DNA of 64,000 nucleotides. It comes from Bacteroidales bacterium (GTDB taxonomy: Bacteria > Bacteroidota > Bacteroidia > Bacteroidales > UBA932). A model generated the notes under the pieces. The model was not told the origin of the DNA. It did no database searches and saw nothing but the letters and a program-made list of their open reading frames with translations. This document shows, one piece after another, positions 1 through 8,000 of this stretch. The stretch spans positions 31,028 to 95,027 of the forward strand of contig JAFTBU010000010.1 of NCBI GenBank assembly GCA_017455065.1, written 5' to 3'. Both the position numbers and the translations under genes were made by a program. How positions within the stretch are numbered: position 1 is the first letter of the stretch; every line of letters starts with the position of its first letter.

Positions 1-675
1 ATCAAGACCCAGAAGCATATGACCCTCGAAGAGATCGGCCGCCGTATCGCCATCGGCAACTTCAAGGAGCTCAACGTCATCGTCAAGGGTGATGTGGACG
101 GTTCCGTGGAGGCCCTCTCCGATTCCCTCATCAAGCTCAGCACCGAGGAAGTGCGCGTCAATGTCATCCACAAGGCCGTCGGTGCCATTTCCGAGTCCGA
201 CGTCCTGCTGGCCGAGGCATCAGACGCCGTGATCATAGGCTTCCAGGTGCGACCTTCGCTCGAAGCCAAGAAGGCCGCCGACCGCGAGGGTATCGAGATC
301 CGTCTCTACTCAGTCATCTACGACTGTATCAATGAAGTCAAGGACGGTATCGAGGGTATGCTCGAGCCTGAGAAGAAGGAAGAGGTCACCGCATCTGCCG
401 AGGTCAAGCAGACCTTCCATATCAGCAAGGTAGGCACCATCGCGGGCTGTCTGGTCCGTGACGGCAAGATGACCCAGAAGGCCAAGGTCCGTCTGATCCG
501 CGACGGCATCGTGGTCTATACCGGAGAACTTGCTTCCCTGCAGATCGGCAAGGACGCCGCCAAGGAAGTCATCTCCGGCAAGGAGTGCGGTTTGAGCATC
601 GCCGGCTACAATGACATCAAGGAAGGCGATGTCATCGAGGCATTCCAGATCGTAGAGATCAAGAGGACCCTGTAG
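1..675 (+). CDS. infB: Translation initiation factor IF-2, C-terminal part (gene begins before the window)
   Basis: Frame open from base 1. [31 protein letters not shown] and KECG are IF-2 domain III/IV motifs. Confidence 0.97.
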   Translation: MKTQKHMTLEEIGRRIAIGNFKELNVIVKGDVDGSVEALSDSLIKLSTEEVRVNVIHKAVGAISESDVLLAEASDAVIIGFQVRPSLEAKKAADREGIEIRLYSVIYDCINEVKDGIEGMLEPEKKEEVTASAEVKQTFHISKVGTIAGCLVRDGKMTQKAKVRLIRDGIVVYTGELASLQIGKDAAKEVISGKECGLSIAGYNDIKEGDVIEAFQIVEIKRTL

Positions 676-684
676 AAGGGCCTG

Positions 685-1083
685 TCAGAGGAGTTCGTCG
701 CACATAGCGTCGCACATTTCATTGTATTTGTCGCCGCTATGTCCGCGAACCCATGTCAGGGTGATTTTGAGTTTTTTCCTGGCTACCAGTTTCTTCCATC
801 TGGCGAAGAGGTCGTCGTTGGTACGGTGCCTCCATTCTCCGGAAAGGGTGTTCACCACGTACTGGCTGTCTGAGCGGACTTCCAGCCTGGCCCCGTGGGG
901 GCAGCTGTCCACCGCATCAATCACCGCCATGAGTTCGCCCCTGTTGGAAGTCTCGTGGGTGAAAGCCACGGCTTTCTTGCCCACGATCTGCTCTCCGCGC
1001 AGGATTATGTAGGCGTAAGCGCCTTCGTTCCTGCCCAGATGATAGCCGCAGTCGGAATAGATTATATAATCAGGTTCTGTCAT
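685..1083 (-). CDS. rnhA: Ribonuclease HI (132 aa; start at ATG 1083, the longer ORF-track start overlaps the tRNA)
   Basis: Catalytic DEDD residues in YSD, TSNRGELMA, RSDSQYV and WVRGHSGDKYNEMCD. Confidence 0.9.
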   Translation of the reverse strand: MTEPDYIIYSDCGYHLGRNEGAYAYIILRGEQIVGKKAVAFTHETSNRGELMAVIDAVDSCPHGARLEVRSDSQYVVNTLSGEWRHRTNDDLFARWKKLVARKKLKITLTWVRGHSGDKYNEMCDAMCDELL

Positions 1084-1097
1084 TAAACAATTTTCAC

Positions 1098-1105
1098 TAC
1101 CTTTG
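1098..1105 (+). promoter_or_regulatory. Bacteroidota sigma-A -7 element (TACCTTTG) upstream of tRNA-Gln
   Basis: Matches TAnnTTTG, ending 12 nt before the tRNA. Confidence 0.7.
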
Positions 1106-1116
1106 CAATCCGGAAT

Positions 1117-1187
1117 TGAGGTATGGTGTAATGGTAGCACTACAGATTTTGGTTCTGTCTGCCCAGGTTCGAATCCTGGTACCTCAA
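1117..1187 (+). tRNA. tRNA-Gln (anticodon TTG)
   Basis: Acceptor stem TGAGGTA/TACCTCA, anticodon arm ACAGA-TTTTGGT-TCTGT, T-arm CCAGG-TTCGAAT-CCTGG; CCA not encoded. Confidence 0.96.
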
Positions 1188-1192
1188 CCTTC

Positions 1193-1224
1193 AAGAGGCG
1201 TGTCTGAACGGACACGCCTCTTTT
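1193..1224. terminator. Intrinsic terminator between tRNA-Gln and the convergent dehydrogenase
   Basis: AAGAGGCGTGTC-TGAACG-GACACGCCTCTT stem-loop followed by T-rich sequence. Confidence 0.85.
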
Positions 1225-1234
1225 CTTTCTGGAA

Positions 1235-2419
1235 CTACATGGCGGGGGTGTGGGCGGCGATGCGGTAGATGGCTGCGATGTCCTCCGAATTCAGCTGGAC
1301 CATGCCTCCGGTAAGTCCGTCTCCCAGGCCCAAGGTCTTGACCAGCAGGGGGATGTCCTCTTCCTTGGCGCCCAGCTGCTCGAAATTGAGCGGCATGCCG
1401 AGTCCGGCCAGGAATCTGCGGAAGCACTGTATGCCTTCGAAGGCTGTCTTCTCGGGATGTGCGAAATCCATCTCGCAACCCCAGACGCGAGTCGCCACCT
1501 GCGCGAAGCGGGGCACGTTGTGAGGCATCACGTATTCCATCCATGCAGGCATGACCACTGCCAGTCCGGCTCCGTGGGAGCAGTCGTACAGGGCTGAAAG
1601 TTCGTGCTCTATGTTGTGGCTGTTCCATTCCTGCTCACGGCCGACGCCAATGATGTTGTTGTGGCACACCATTCCGGCCCACATGATATTGGCCCTGGCA
1701 TCGTAATTATCGGGGTCGGCGATTACCCTCGGACCTTCCTTGCGTATGGTCAGCAGGATGGCTTCGCACAGCCTGTCGGTGACTTCCACCTCGGGGGTGT
1801 TGGTGAAGTAGCGCTCGAAGGTGTGGGCCATGATGTCGGTGAGTCCGCAGGCCGTCTGCCATGCCGGCAGGGTGCAGGTGAGAGCGGGGTTGAGTATGGA
1901 GAATATGGGGCGGATGAGATCCGAAGAGGTGGCTCTCTTGAGCTTGCCTTCCTGCTTGGTGATGACGGAATCTCCGGAGCCCTCGCTGCCTGCCGCCGCG
2001 ATGGTGAGGATGACGCCGATGGGGACCGCCGCCTCTATTGTCTTGTCAGTCGAATAGAAATCCCAGAAGTCGCCGTCGTAGGGGACTCCTATGGCAATGG
2101 CTTTGGCTGAGTCGATGACGCTTCCGCCGCCTACCGCCAGGATGAAGTCCACCTTTTCCTTGCGGCAGAGCTCTATCCCCTGGTACACCAGTGTGTCGTG
2201 GGGGTTGGGCTGCACTCCGCCGAGTTCGACGAAGCTTATGCCTGCCTTGGCCAATGAGGCCTCGACCCTGTCGAGGAGGCCTGATTTCCGGGCGGAGGAG
2301 GAGCCGAAGTGCAGCAGCACTTTGCTGCCGCCATGCCTGCGGACGCATTCTCCGCATTCATTTTCCCGACCACGGCCGAATACGAATTGGGTCGGAGAGT
2401 AAAAGTCAAAATCTAGCAT
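1235..2419 (-). CDS. Iron-containing alcohol dehydrogenase (BdhA/YqhD-like butanol dehydrogenase)
   Basis: GGVQPNP, AVGGGSVID, TIAAAGSE, DIMAHTFE and SHGAGLA motifs of the Fe-ADH family. Confidence 0.92.
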   Translation of the reverse strand: MLDFDFYSPTQFVFGRGRENECGECVRRHGGSKVLLHFGSSSARKSGLLDRVEASLAKAGISFVELGGVQPNPHDTLVYQGIELCRKEKVDFILAVGGGSVIDSAKAIAIGVPYDGDFWDFYSTDKTIEAAVPIGVILTIAAAGSEGSGDSVITKQEGKLKRATSSDLIRPIFSILNPALTCTLPAWQTACGLTDIMAHTFERYFTNTPEVEVTDRLCEAILLTIRKEGPRVIADPDNYDARANIMWAGMVCHNNIIGVGREQEWNSHNIEHELSALYDCSHGAGLAVVMPAWMEYVMPHNVPRFAQVATRVWGCEMDFAHPEKTAFEGIQCFRRFLAGLGMPLNFEQLGAKEEDIPLLVKTLGLGDGLTGGMVQLNSEDIAAIYRIAAHTPAM

Positions 2420-2420
2420 T

Positions 2421-3845
2421 TTATTGTAATTCTGATTGGTCCTGGTCGAATTGGTCGCTCTCGTTGAGGTATATCTTCTCTTCGGGGACGGCGAACTCCT
2501 TGCCCTTGCTCCTGCGTACGCCGAGTTTGATGACCTTGCGGGCCGAGGTGGTGATGCTCCTGCCGTCGCTTTCCAGTTTGTTTATGCCTGAGTTATACTC
2601 CTTGCAGACAGCCTTGAGCTTGGTCCCGAGGTCCTTGTACGAGTCATAGAACAGGGCCACCCTCTCTATCATGTCTTCGGCTGCCTTGGTGATTTCGAGT
2701 ATGTTGGAATCCTGGCTGTATTTGTTCCAGGTGAGCTGCATGATTTTCAGGAAAGGCATGATGGTCTGCTCGGTGGCGATGAGCACTCCCTTGGAGTAGG
2801 CATCCTGCCAGAGCATGGGATCGGCTGCAACCGCCACCCTGTACGCCGCATCCACGGGCATGAACATCAGCACGTAGTCGGCGAAACGGCGGGTCTTGTC
2901 CACCTTGCGGGCGTAATCCTTGGAGGCGAGCTCCTCGATGTGCTTGCGGACACTCTTTACATGCTCGTCGAGGTCGGCCTGCCGGGCGGTTTCGTCCTCG
3001 TCGTTCATATACCTCACGAATGCCGTCAGGGATACCTTGGAGTCCACCACCAGGTCCTTTTCCTGCATTCCGTCCTTGAAATGGAAGACGAAGTCGGGGC
3101 GGCTCAGGTCCTCGTTCGCCACCTCCCGGCTGTAATGGGTGCCGTTCACCAGGCCCTCGCGGGAGAGGATGTCGTCGAGGTAGTTCTCACCCCAGCAGCC
3201 CTGGACCTTGGGACGGCCGGTCAGGGCGACGGACAGGTTGTCGGCCTTGGCCCCGATGTCCGCAGTCTTGGTGCCCATGTCCTTCACTGCCTGGGAAAGC
3301 TGCTCCCGGAGCTCGGTGTTGCTCTTGACATGCTCCTTGGCATTGTCCTCCATGGCCTTGCGCATGTTGGCGATGCTCTCCTTGAGGGGGGAGAGTATCT
3401 CGTCCATGCTGGATTTGTTCTCTTTGCTCAGCTCATCCTCGCGGGCCTTCAGGAGTTTCTCGGTCTCGACCGTCATCTGGTCGCGTATGGCTTTCAGCTG
3501 CTGCTGGAGGCTCTGCTCATGGGCGGCCTTGAGTTCTGCGAGTGCCTTTTCGTGGGCCTCGTCCTTCTGCTTGAGGGTGCTCTCGAAAGACTGGCGGTTC
3601 TCGCTGATGATGCGCTCCAGGGCCAGCTTGGACGCATTCTGTGCGGCGAGATCGGCGTTCACCCCGGACAGTTCCTTCTCCTTGGCCGAAAGCTCGCCGG
3701 CCTTGAGAGCCAGTTCGCTGCTTCGCTGCTCCAGCTCGCCGTTGACCCTGGCGATGGCCTTGCGGCTGATGAGCCAGGTGACCAGCCACGCGATCAGCGC
3801 CGCCGCCACTCCGACTACTATGATGATAACGAGGTCAGATTCCAT
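2421..3845 (-). CDS. rmuC: DNA recombination protein RmuC family (474 aa; start MESDLVIII, N-terminal TM plus coiled coil)
   Basis: QGCWGE, RPDF, VDSKVSL, VLMFMP and ATEQT motifs typical of RmuC. The ORF-track extension to 4064 is low complexity. Confidence 0.88.
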   Translation of the reverse strand: MESDLVIIIVVGVAAALIAWLVTWLISRKAIARVNGELEQRSSELALKAGELSAKEKELSGVNADLAAQNASKLALERIISENRQSFESTLKQKDEAHEKALAELKAAHEQSLQQQLKAIRDQMTVETEKLLKAREDELSKENKSSMDEILSPLKESIANMRKAMEDNAKEHVKSNTELREQLSQAVKDMGTKTADIGAKADNLSVALTGRPKVQGCWGENYLDDILSREGLVNGTHYSREVANEDLSRPDFVFHFKDGMQEKDLVVDSKVSLTAFVRYMNDEDETARQADLDEHVKSVRKHIEELASKDYARKVDKTRRFADYVLMFMPVDAAYRVAVAADPMLWQDAYSKGVLIATEQTIMPFLKIMQLTWNKYSQDSNILEITKAAEDMIERVALFYDSYKDLGTKLKAVCKEYNSGINKLESDGRSITTSARKVIKLGVRRSKGKEFAVPEEKIYLNESDQFDQDQSELQ

Positions 3846-3990
3846 AACACTGCAAGTTAGTGAAAAAAAACTACAGTCCCACCATCTTCCCGCCCTATCT
3901 TCCTGACTGGTCCCGCCGCATTTCCTTCCTGCTGCCTCCTCTCCCTGCACGCTCCCTTCTTTCCCGCACCTTCGCCCGGCCCCTTCCCTG

Positions 3991-4161
3991 GCGGTCGCGG
4001 CGGCGAAAGACCAGGGCCCGGACATCCTGACCGGAGGAGGCTTCGGGGCTGAAGCATCCATCATTTCCGTCGTTCTCGGCGCTGCCCTCAGCGTCGCAAT
4101 GCTGGCTATCTGGTATAGGAAATCCCGCTCCAGCGCCGGAAAGATTCAGAAGCTGTTTTGA
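3991..4161 (+). pseudogene. C-terminal remnant of a CPBP (CAAX/Abi) intramembrane protease gene
   Basis: Frame reads GPDILTGGGFGAEASIISVVLGAALSVAMLAIWYRK to a stop at 4159-4161. The LTGGxFGxExS motif plus a final TM helix is the usual CPBP tail. There is an in-frame stop at 3904 and no start codon before the motif. Confidence 0.6.
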
Positions 4162-4315
4162 AATGGTTCCTTTTGCCTGATTTCTCGGGAAGGTCGGCGT
4201 TTGTCTTTTCAGAGTTCCCTAGGGTCGAAGTTTTTTCTCTTGCCATGTTGTTTCAGAAGTGTTGAAACAATTTGGAATTAATACTTTATTTTTATACAAT
4301 TGCAAAAAAGGAACA

Positions 4316-4843
4316 ATGGCAATGAAATTCAAACAAGTATTTATTTTCGGCGTCCTTTTCCTGTTCATCTTCTTGCCGCTATGCTCCTGCCACAGAGACC
4401 AGATCAAATTGTGGCGGGATTATGAGCATGTACTGACAGCGGATGGAGAAGTTTTCGATTATTCGCTGCTGCAGAGACAGAAGTTCGTTGTCACAGATTT
4501 CAGTATGCGCCTTCTGGGTTTTTACAAAGAAGGGCAGGTCCCAGGAAAGATAGACAGCATCATCCATAGAAATCCGGATTGGGCTTTTGTATTTTATTGT
4601 AAAGGGGAGGCAAAAGATTCCGCAAAACTGAAAAGTTGGCTGAAAGAGATCGGAGCGACCTTTCCGGTAATCCTCGATCCGGACAACACGTTCTCTAAAA
4701 TCAATAGGATCAATGAGGGCAGCTATGGCATTATCTGTGACGAAGATGGCAGAATCATCATCCCGGCTGCAGGTATGATCGGGGACCGGCGCACACCCTT
4801 CGACAGTCAGTTTGCAAAAGCTAAAACACGGAATGAAGAGTAA
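4316..4843 (+). CDS. Lipoprotein, hypothetical, possibly thioredoxin-like fold; low GC
   Basis: Signal peptide with LCSC lipobox; FPVILDPDNTFSKIN segment resembles redoxin-like accessory proteins. AT-rich. Confidence 0.6.
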   Translation: MAMKFKQVFIFGVLFLFIFLPLCSCHRDQIKLWRDYEHVLTADGEVFDYSLLQRQKFVVTDFSMRLLGFYKEGQVPGKIDSIIHRNPDWAFVFYCKGEAKDSAKLKSWLKEIGATFPVILDPDNTFSKINRINEGSYGIICDEDGRIIIPAAGMIGDRRTPFDSQFAKAKTRNEE

Positions 4844-5315
4844 TCGATTTATTTATTTCTTGTTTGCAGTCGTTTGCTTAATTGATGTTCTGCTTGGTGT
4901 TCTATTGTTGCAAAATACAAAGAACAATAACAAAACATCCTTGCTTGAAGATTTTCAGTATAGAGCAGCAGAAGAAAAGCGTGCACAAATATATGCTAGT
5001 GATATCCTGGATTTCTTTAAAAAAGTTGGCTACTCGTTATCGGCGCAAAGCACATTTTGGATTTGATCTGCGCTTATTTTGAAAAATTCCAAGCAATGAC
5101 TGCGGACTATATTGTCCTTCAGTCTCGACTTAGAGACTTCAGGGCCAGAATGGCTTCTGTTGATTCCAGAGTGGTTGTTTACGGATAGACTTCATTATTT
5201 CGATGGTATTGTTTTGTTAAGATTGGGACAAGATGGAGTCGTAGATTGTTTCGCCACAAACAAGTTTTTTCCGGAGCTGACTGATTGTTTCATGGAAAGG
5301 GCTAATGACAACTGA
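4833..5315 (+). pseudogene. Disrupted membrane-anchored hypothetical protein gene
   Basis: ATG 4833 gives an N-terminal TM segment. The same frame continues to 5315 but has TGA at 5064 and 5097, and plausible middle segments lie in the other two frames. Confidence 0.4.
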
Positions 5316-5321
5316 ACGATC

Positions 5322-6431
5322 ATGAGGATAAAGTATGCTTTCATCATGCCGCTCCTGCTGTGCGGATGCGGCAGCGGATCCCAGACCGAAGGGATTCCTT
5401 TCATCAATGCGGGAGATGATACCGCATGGGTCGGCAGCATCTCTCAGGTGGAGTTGATTTCCCTCGATGAAACGGGTGGTCACATGCTGGGGGAGGTTGT
5501 TGATCTCCAACTCCTGCCCGACGGATATATCCTTACGGACAGGCGGAATGCCAATATATTCAACTTCGCCGATGACGGGACTTTCCGCAACCGTATCGGA
5601 ACAAAGGGGCGTGGGCCCGGAGAGTATCAGGTGATTTCCAATGTGCAGGTCCGCGACAGGCAGGTGCTCGTATTCTCCTATCCGGACAAAGTCTTGTACT
5701 ATACACCCGAAGGGGAATTCCTCAAAGAGATGACTGACCTTCCCCTCGGGCAGCAGACCTTCGCCGTGGACCGGGGATTCCTGACATATTACGGCTATAC
5801 CGGGGAGCGTCCTTACAGGGCGGCGCTGATCGGTGCAGGTGGCGCCCCAGTGACGTACCTCGATGTGGAGAATCCCCTGATGCCGCTTTCTCTCGATGTG
5901 AACATCTTCTCGGAAGATGCCTCCGGCGATATTTTCTTTACGGATTCCTACAATCCTGTGGTCCATCGCCATGCGGACGGCCGCTTTGCTCCAGTCTGGA
6001 CGTTTGATTTCGGCCAATACTCAATCGGGAAGGAATTCTTCAAATTCAAGGATGTTTTCCAGGGTGCCGAGCATCTGATGTCATCCAACTATGCCCTTGT
6101 CCAGATGTTTCTTGCCGGCGATCCCCTGTCCCTGGTCGAGGTATTCTTGAAGAGAGCCTCGGAACAGGAGGGGATGGTAAGGTATGCCCTGCTGGACAAT
6201 GAAACCGGTGAGTGCCGCTGGTTCCGGATTCCCGGCTACGACAAAAATCCCATAGGCCCCTTCCATGCCTTCAAGGGGGATGTCCTTTATGCATTGATCT
6301 CTCCGGAGCGGATCAGCGATCTGTCCGGCGACTTCATTTCCAGGATTTCCAACCCTGAAGTCCTCTCTGCGGCCAAGGCGGCCGACTCTCACGTGATAGC
6401 CAGGATCAGGCTCGGCAACCAGCCTTCCTGA
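5322..6431 (+). CDS. 6-bladed beta-propeller lipoprotein (TolB-like / DUF5128-type)
   Basis: LCGC lipobox and IGTKGRGPGEY motif characteristic of Bacteroidota 6-bladed beta-propeller proteins. Confidence 0.8.
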   Translation: MRIKYAFIMPLLLCGCGSGSQTEGIPFINAGDDTAWVGSISQVELISLDETGGHMLGEVVDLQLLPDGYILTDRRNANIFNFADDGTFRNRIGTKGRGPGEYQVISNVQVRDRQVLVFSYPDKVLYYTPEGEFLKEMTDLPLGQQTFAVDRGFLTYYGYTGERPYRAALIGAGGAPVTYLDVENPLMPLSLDVNIFSEDASGDIFFTDSYNPVVHRHADGRFAPVWTFDFGQYSIGKEFFKFKDVFQGAEHLMSSNYALVQMFLAGDPLSLVEVFLKRASEQEGMVRYALLDNETGECRWFRIPGYDKNPIGPFHAFKGDVLYALISPERISDLSGDFISRISNPEVLSAAKAADSHVIARIRLGNQPS

Positions 6432-6457
6432 TTTATGCACCAGGTACAAAAAAATAT

Positions 6458-6503
6458 GAGGCTGACTAAAAAGTCGAGAGACTGATAGTCAGCCTCTCTT
6501 TTT
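6458..6503. terminator. Probable bidirectional intrinsic terminator
   Basis: GAGGCTGACTA (6458-6468) / TAGTCAGCCTC (6486-6496), with a T run after and an A run shortly before. Confidence 0.7.
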
Positions 6504-6554
6504 GTCTTGTAGCCAAGGCTCCGAGCCGTCAGGCAGCCAGCCACTGGCGGAACT

Positions 6555-7968
6555 CCGTTCGCTTCGCTCACTCCGGCCCCTCCCACAATCTACTTCGTCC
6601 CGCTGATGCGGAACTCGTATCTTGCGGGCCCCGTCCCCCTGCCCCTGTCCGTGGGTGGACAGGCCTCTCAGGGGCAATCTCCGCCGCTGCCCGTCCCGTC
6701 ACTGTCCGTCCTCCTCCTCCCACGTACCTCTCCATGCTCCTACCGTCCCCAAACCCCAGAGAGAAGGCGCGTTTCACGCTCCTATCGCTCCCACCGTCCC
6801 CAATCTATAGACGGTAGGAGCCCCAGCCCATCCCCGCGGGCAATAGCAACGGGCGGGCGAGGAGAGCCTTTTCCCAGAGCTCCCCACAGCCCGCCCGTAA
6901 CCGCCGCGCTGGCGCGCCTCAGCGCGCCCGGCGATGCGGGCACTTTGGCGAAGACAAAGTGCGGGAGCAAGGAGCCGCAGGGGTAGCGAGCTCTGCGAGC
7001 GGTCAAGGGGGCAGCGCCCCCTCAAAAGGGCGGCGGTGGTGCCCTGGCGTAGCTCGCCGCCGCATCGCGCATACTGCGGCGGCGAGAGCCCTCGATGGCG
7101 TGCCCCGACTGCAACCTGTCGGCCATTCAGGCCGGTACGGCCCCGGACGAATGTCGAAATGTCCAGCTGAGTACCGATAGCCGCCAACCCGAAATTCAGA
7201 AGGCCACTCCACCTGCCTCCCAGGGCTCTCCAGGGGGTATCGGGCGGTCCTCTGCCACCTTTTTGGCCGCGGAAGGCCAACCCACCCCGCTTGCAGCCAC
7301 TTCTATTGAGGGTTCTGGGGTCCTCTGAATTTCGGGTTGATCCTTGATGTTCGAGTTGAACCTTAATGAACATCACGGGAGCGCGGGGGTGCCACAGAGT
7401 GGCCTCCATGGGGTGGTAGCGCTCCAGGTCTCGGCTCCGACCCGACACCTGGAGCGCGGGTATGCCCTACAGTGCACTCTGGAAGGGGGTCGTGCTCCCG
7501 ACGCGTTCATTAACGGCCCGGGCCGGGGCAAAATGGCTGCTGCGAAGCCGCAACTTTGCTTAGGGGCTTTTCTGCTACGGCCGTACTGGCCTGAATAGCT
7601 AGAAAATCGATGGCGGAGCGTACCTCCAACAGACACGCCTACAAGCGCGGTCAACTCCGCCATCGACCCCTTTTTGGCCTCGCTGGCTGGATTGACCTAC
7701 CCTAGAGTGCCCTGGAAGGCCGATTCACTCAGCCATCGAATTTCACCTTCAGGCTATCGGCGGGAAAGACGTGGCTGATTAGGGCCGCCGTCGCAATATA
7801 CGCCCTGCGGCCGCGGGGAGAAACCCGATCCGAAGAGATGTCGGGCCGGGGACTGAAGCAGGAGCTGTGACGGAGGCGGGAGCGGGGCAGTCGGGGCGGG
7901 GCAGGCGGGGCGGGGACCCGTGCCACCCTCGGCAACGTAAGAGGGGGGACCGTGAGCGGAGCGAACGG
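6555..7968 (+). ncRNA. Candidate large structured non-coding element (about 1.4 kb), class unknown; RNA versus ssDNA function unresolved
   Basis: Nested complementary segments: 6555-6571/7952-7968, 6625-6645/7898-7920, 6696-6702/7867-7873, 7092-7099/7732-7739, 7125-7142/7579-7596, 7185-7200/7324-7339, 7376-7385/7491-7500, 7419-7429/7447-7457, 7607-7618/7655-7666. Many local hairpins; no credible ORF. Confidence 0.45.
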
Positions 7969-8000
7969 TGGGGTCGAGCGCAGCGAGACGGTCCTGGCCC

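Noticed and set aside
5064-5099. TGA recoding (Trp/Gly/Sec) to rescue ORF 4833-5315
   Set aside because: Many well-conserved genes in the window end in TGA (e.g. tcdA-upstream CoA transferase, prfA), so TGA is a stop; no selenoprotein context.
6972-7022. Group II intron domain V/VI look-alike (GAGCCGCAGGG...CTCTGCGAGCGGTC followed by a GGGGG/CCCCC hairpin)
   Set aside because: The lower stem does not pair fully, the bulge is 4 nt rather than 2, there is no bulged-A domain VI or AY end, it lies mid-element, and no GTGCG start occurs at a plausible upstream position.
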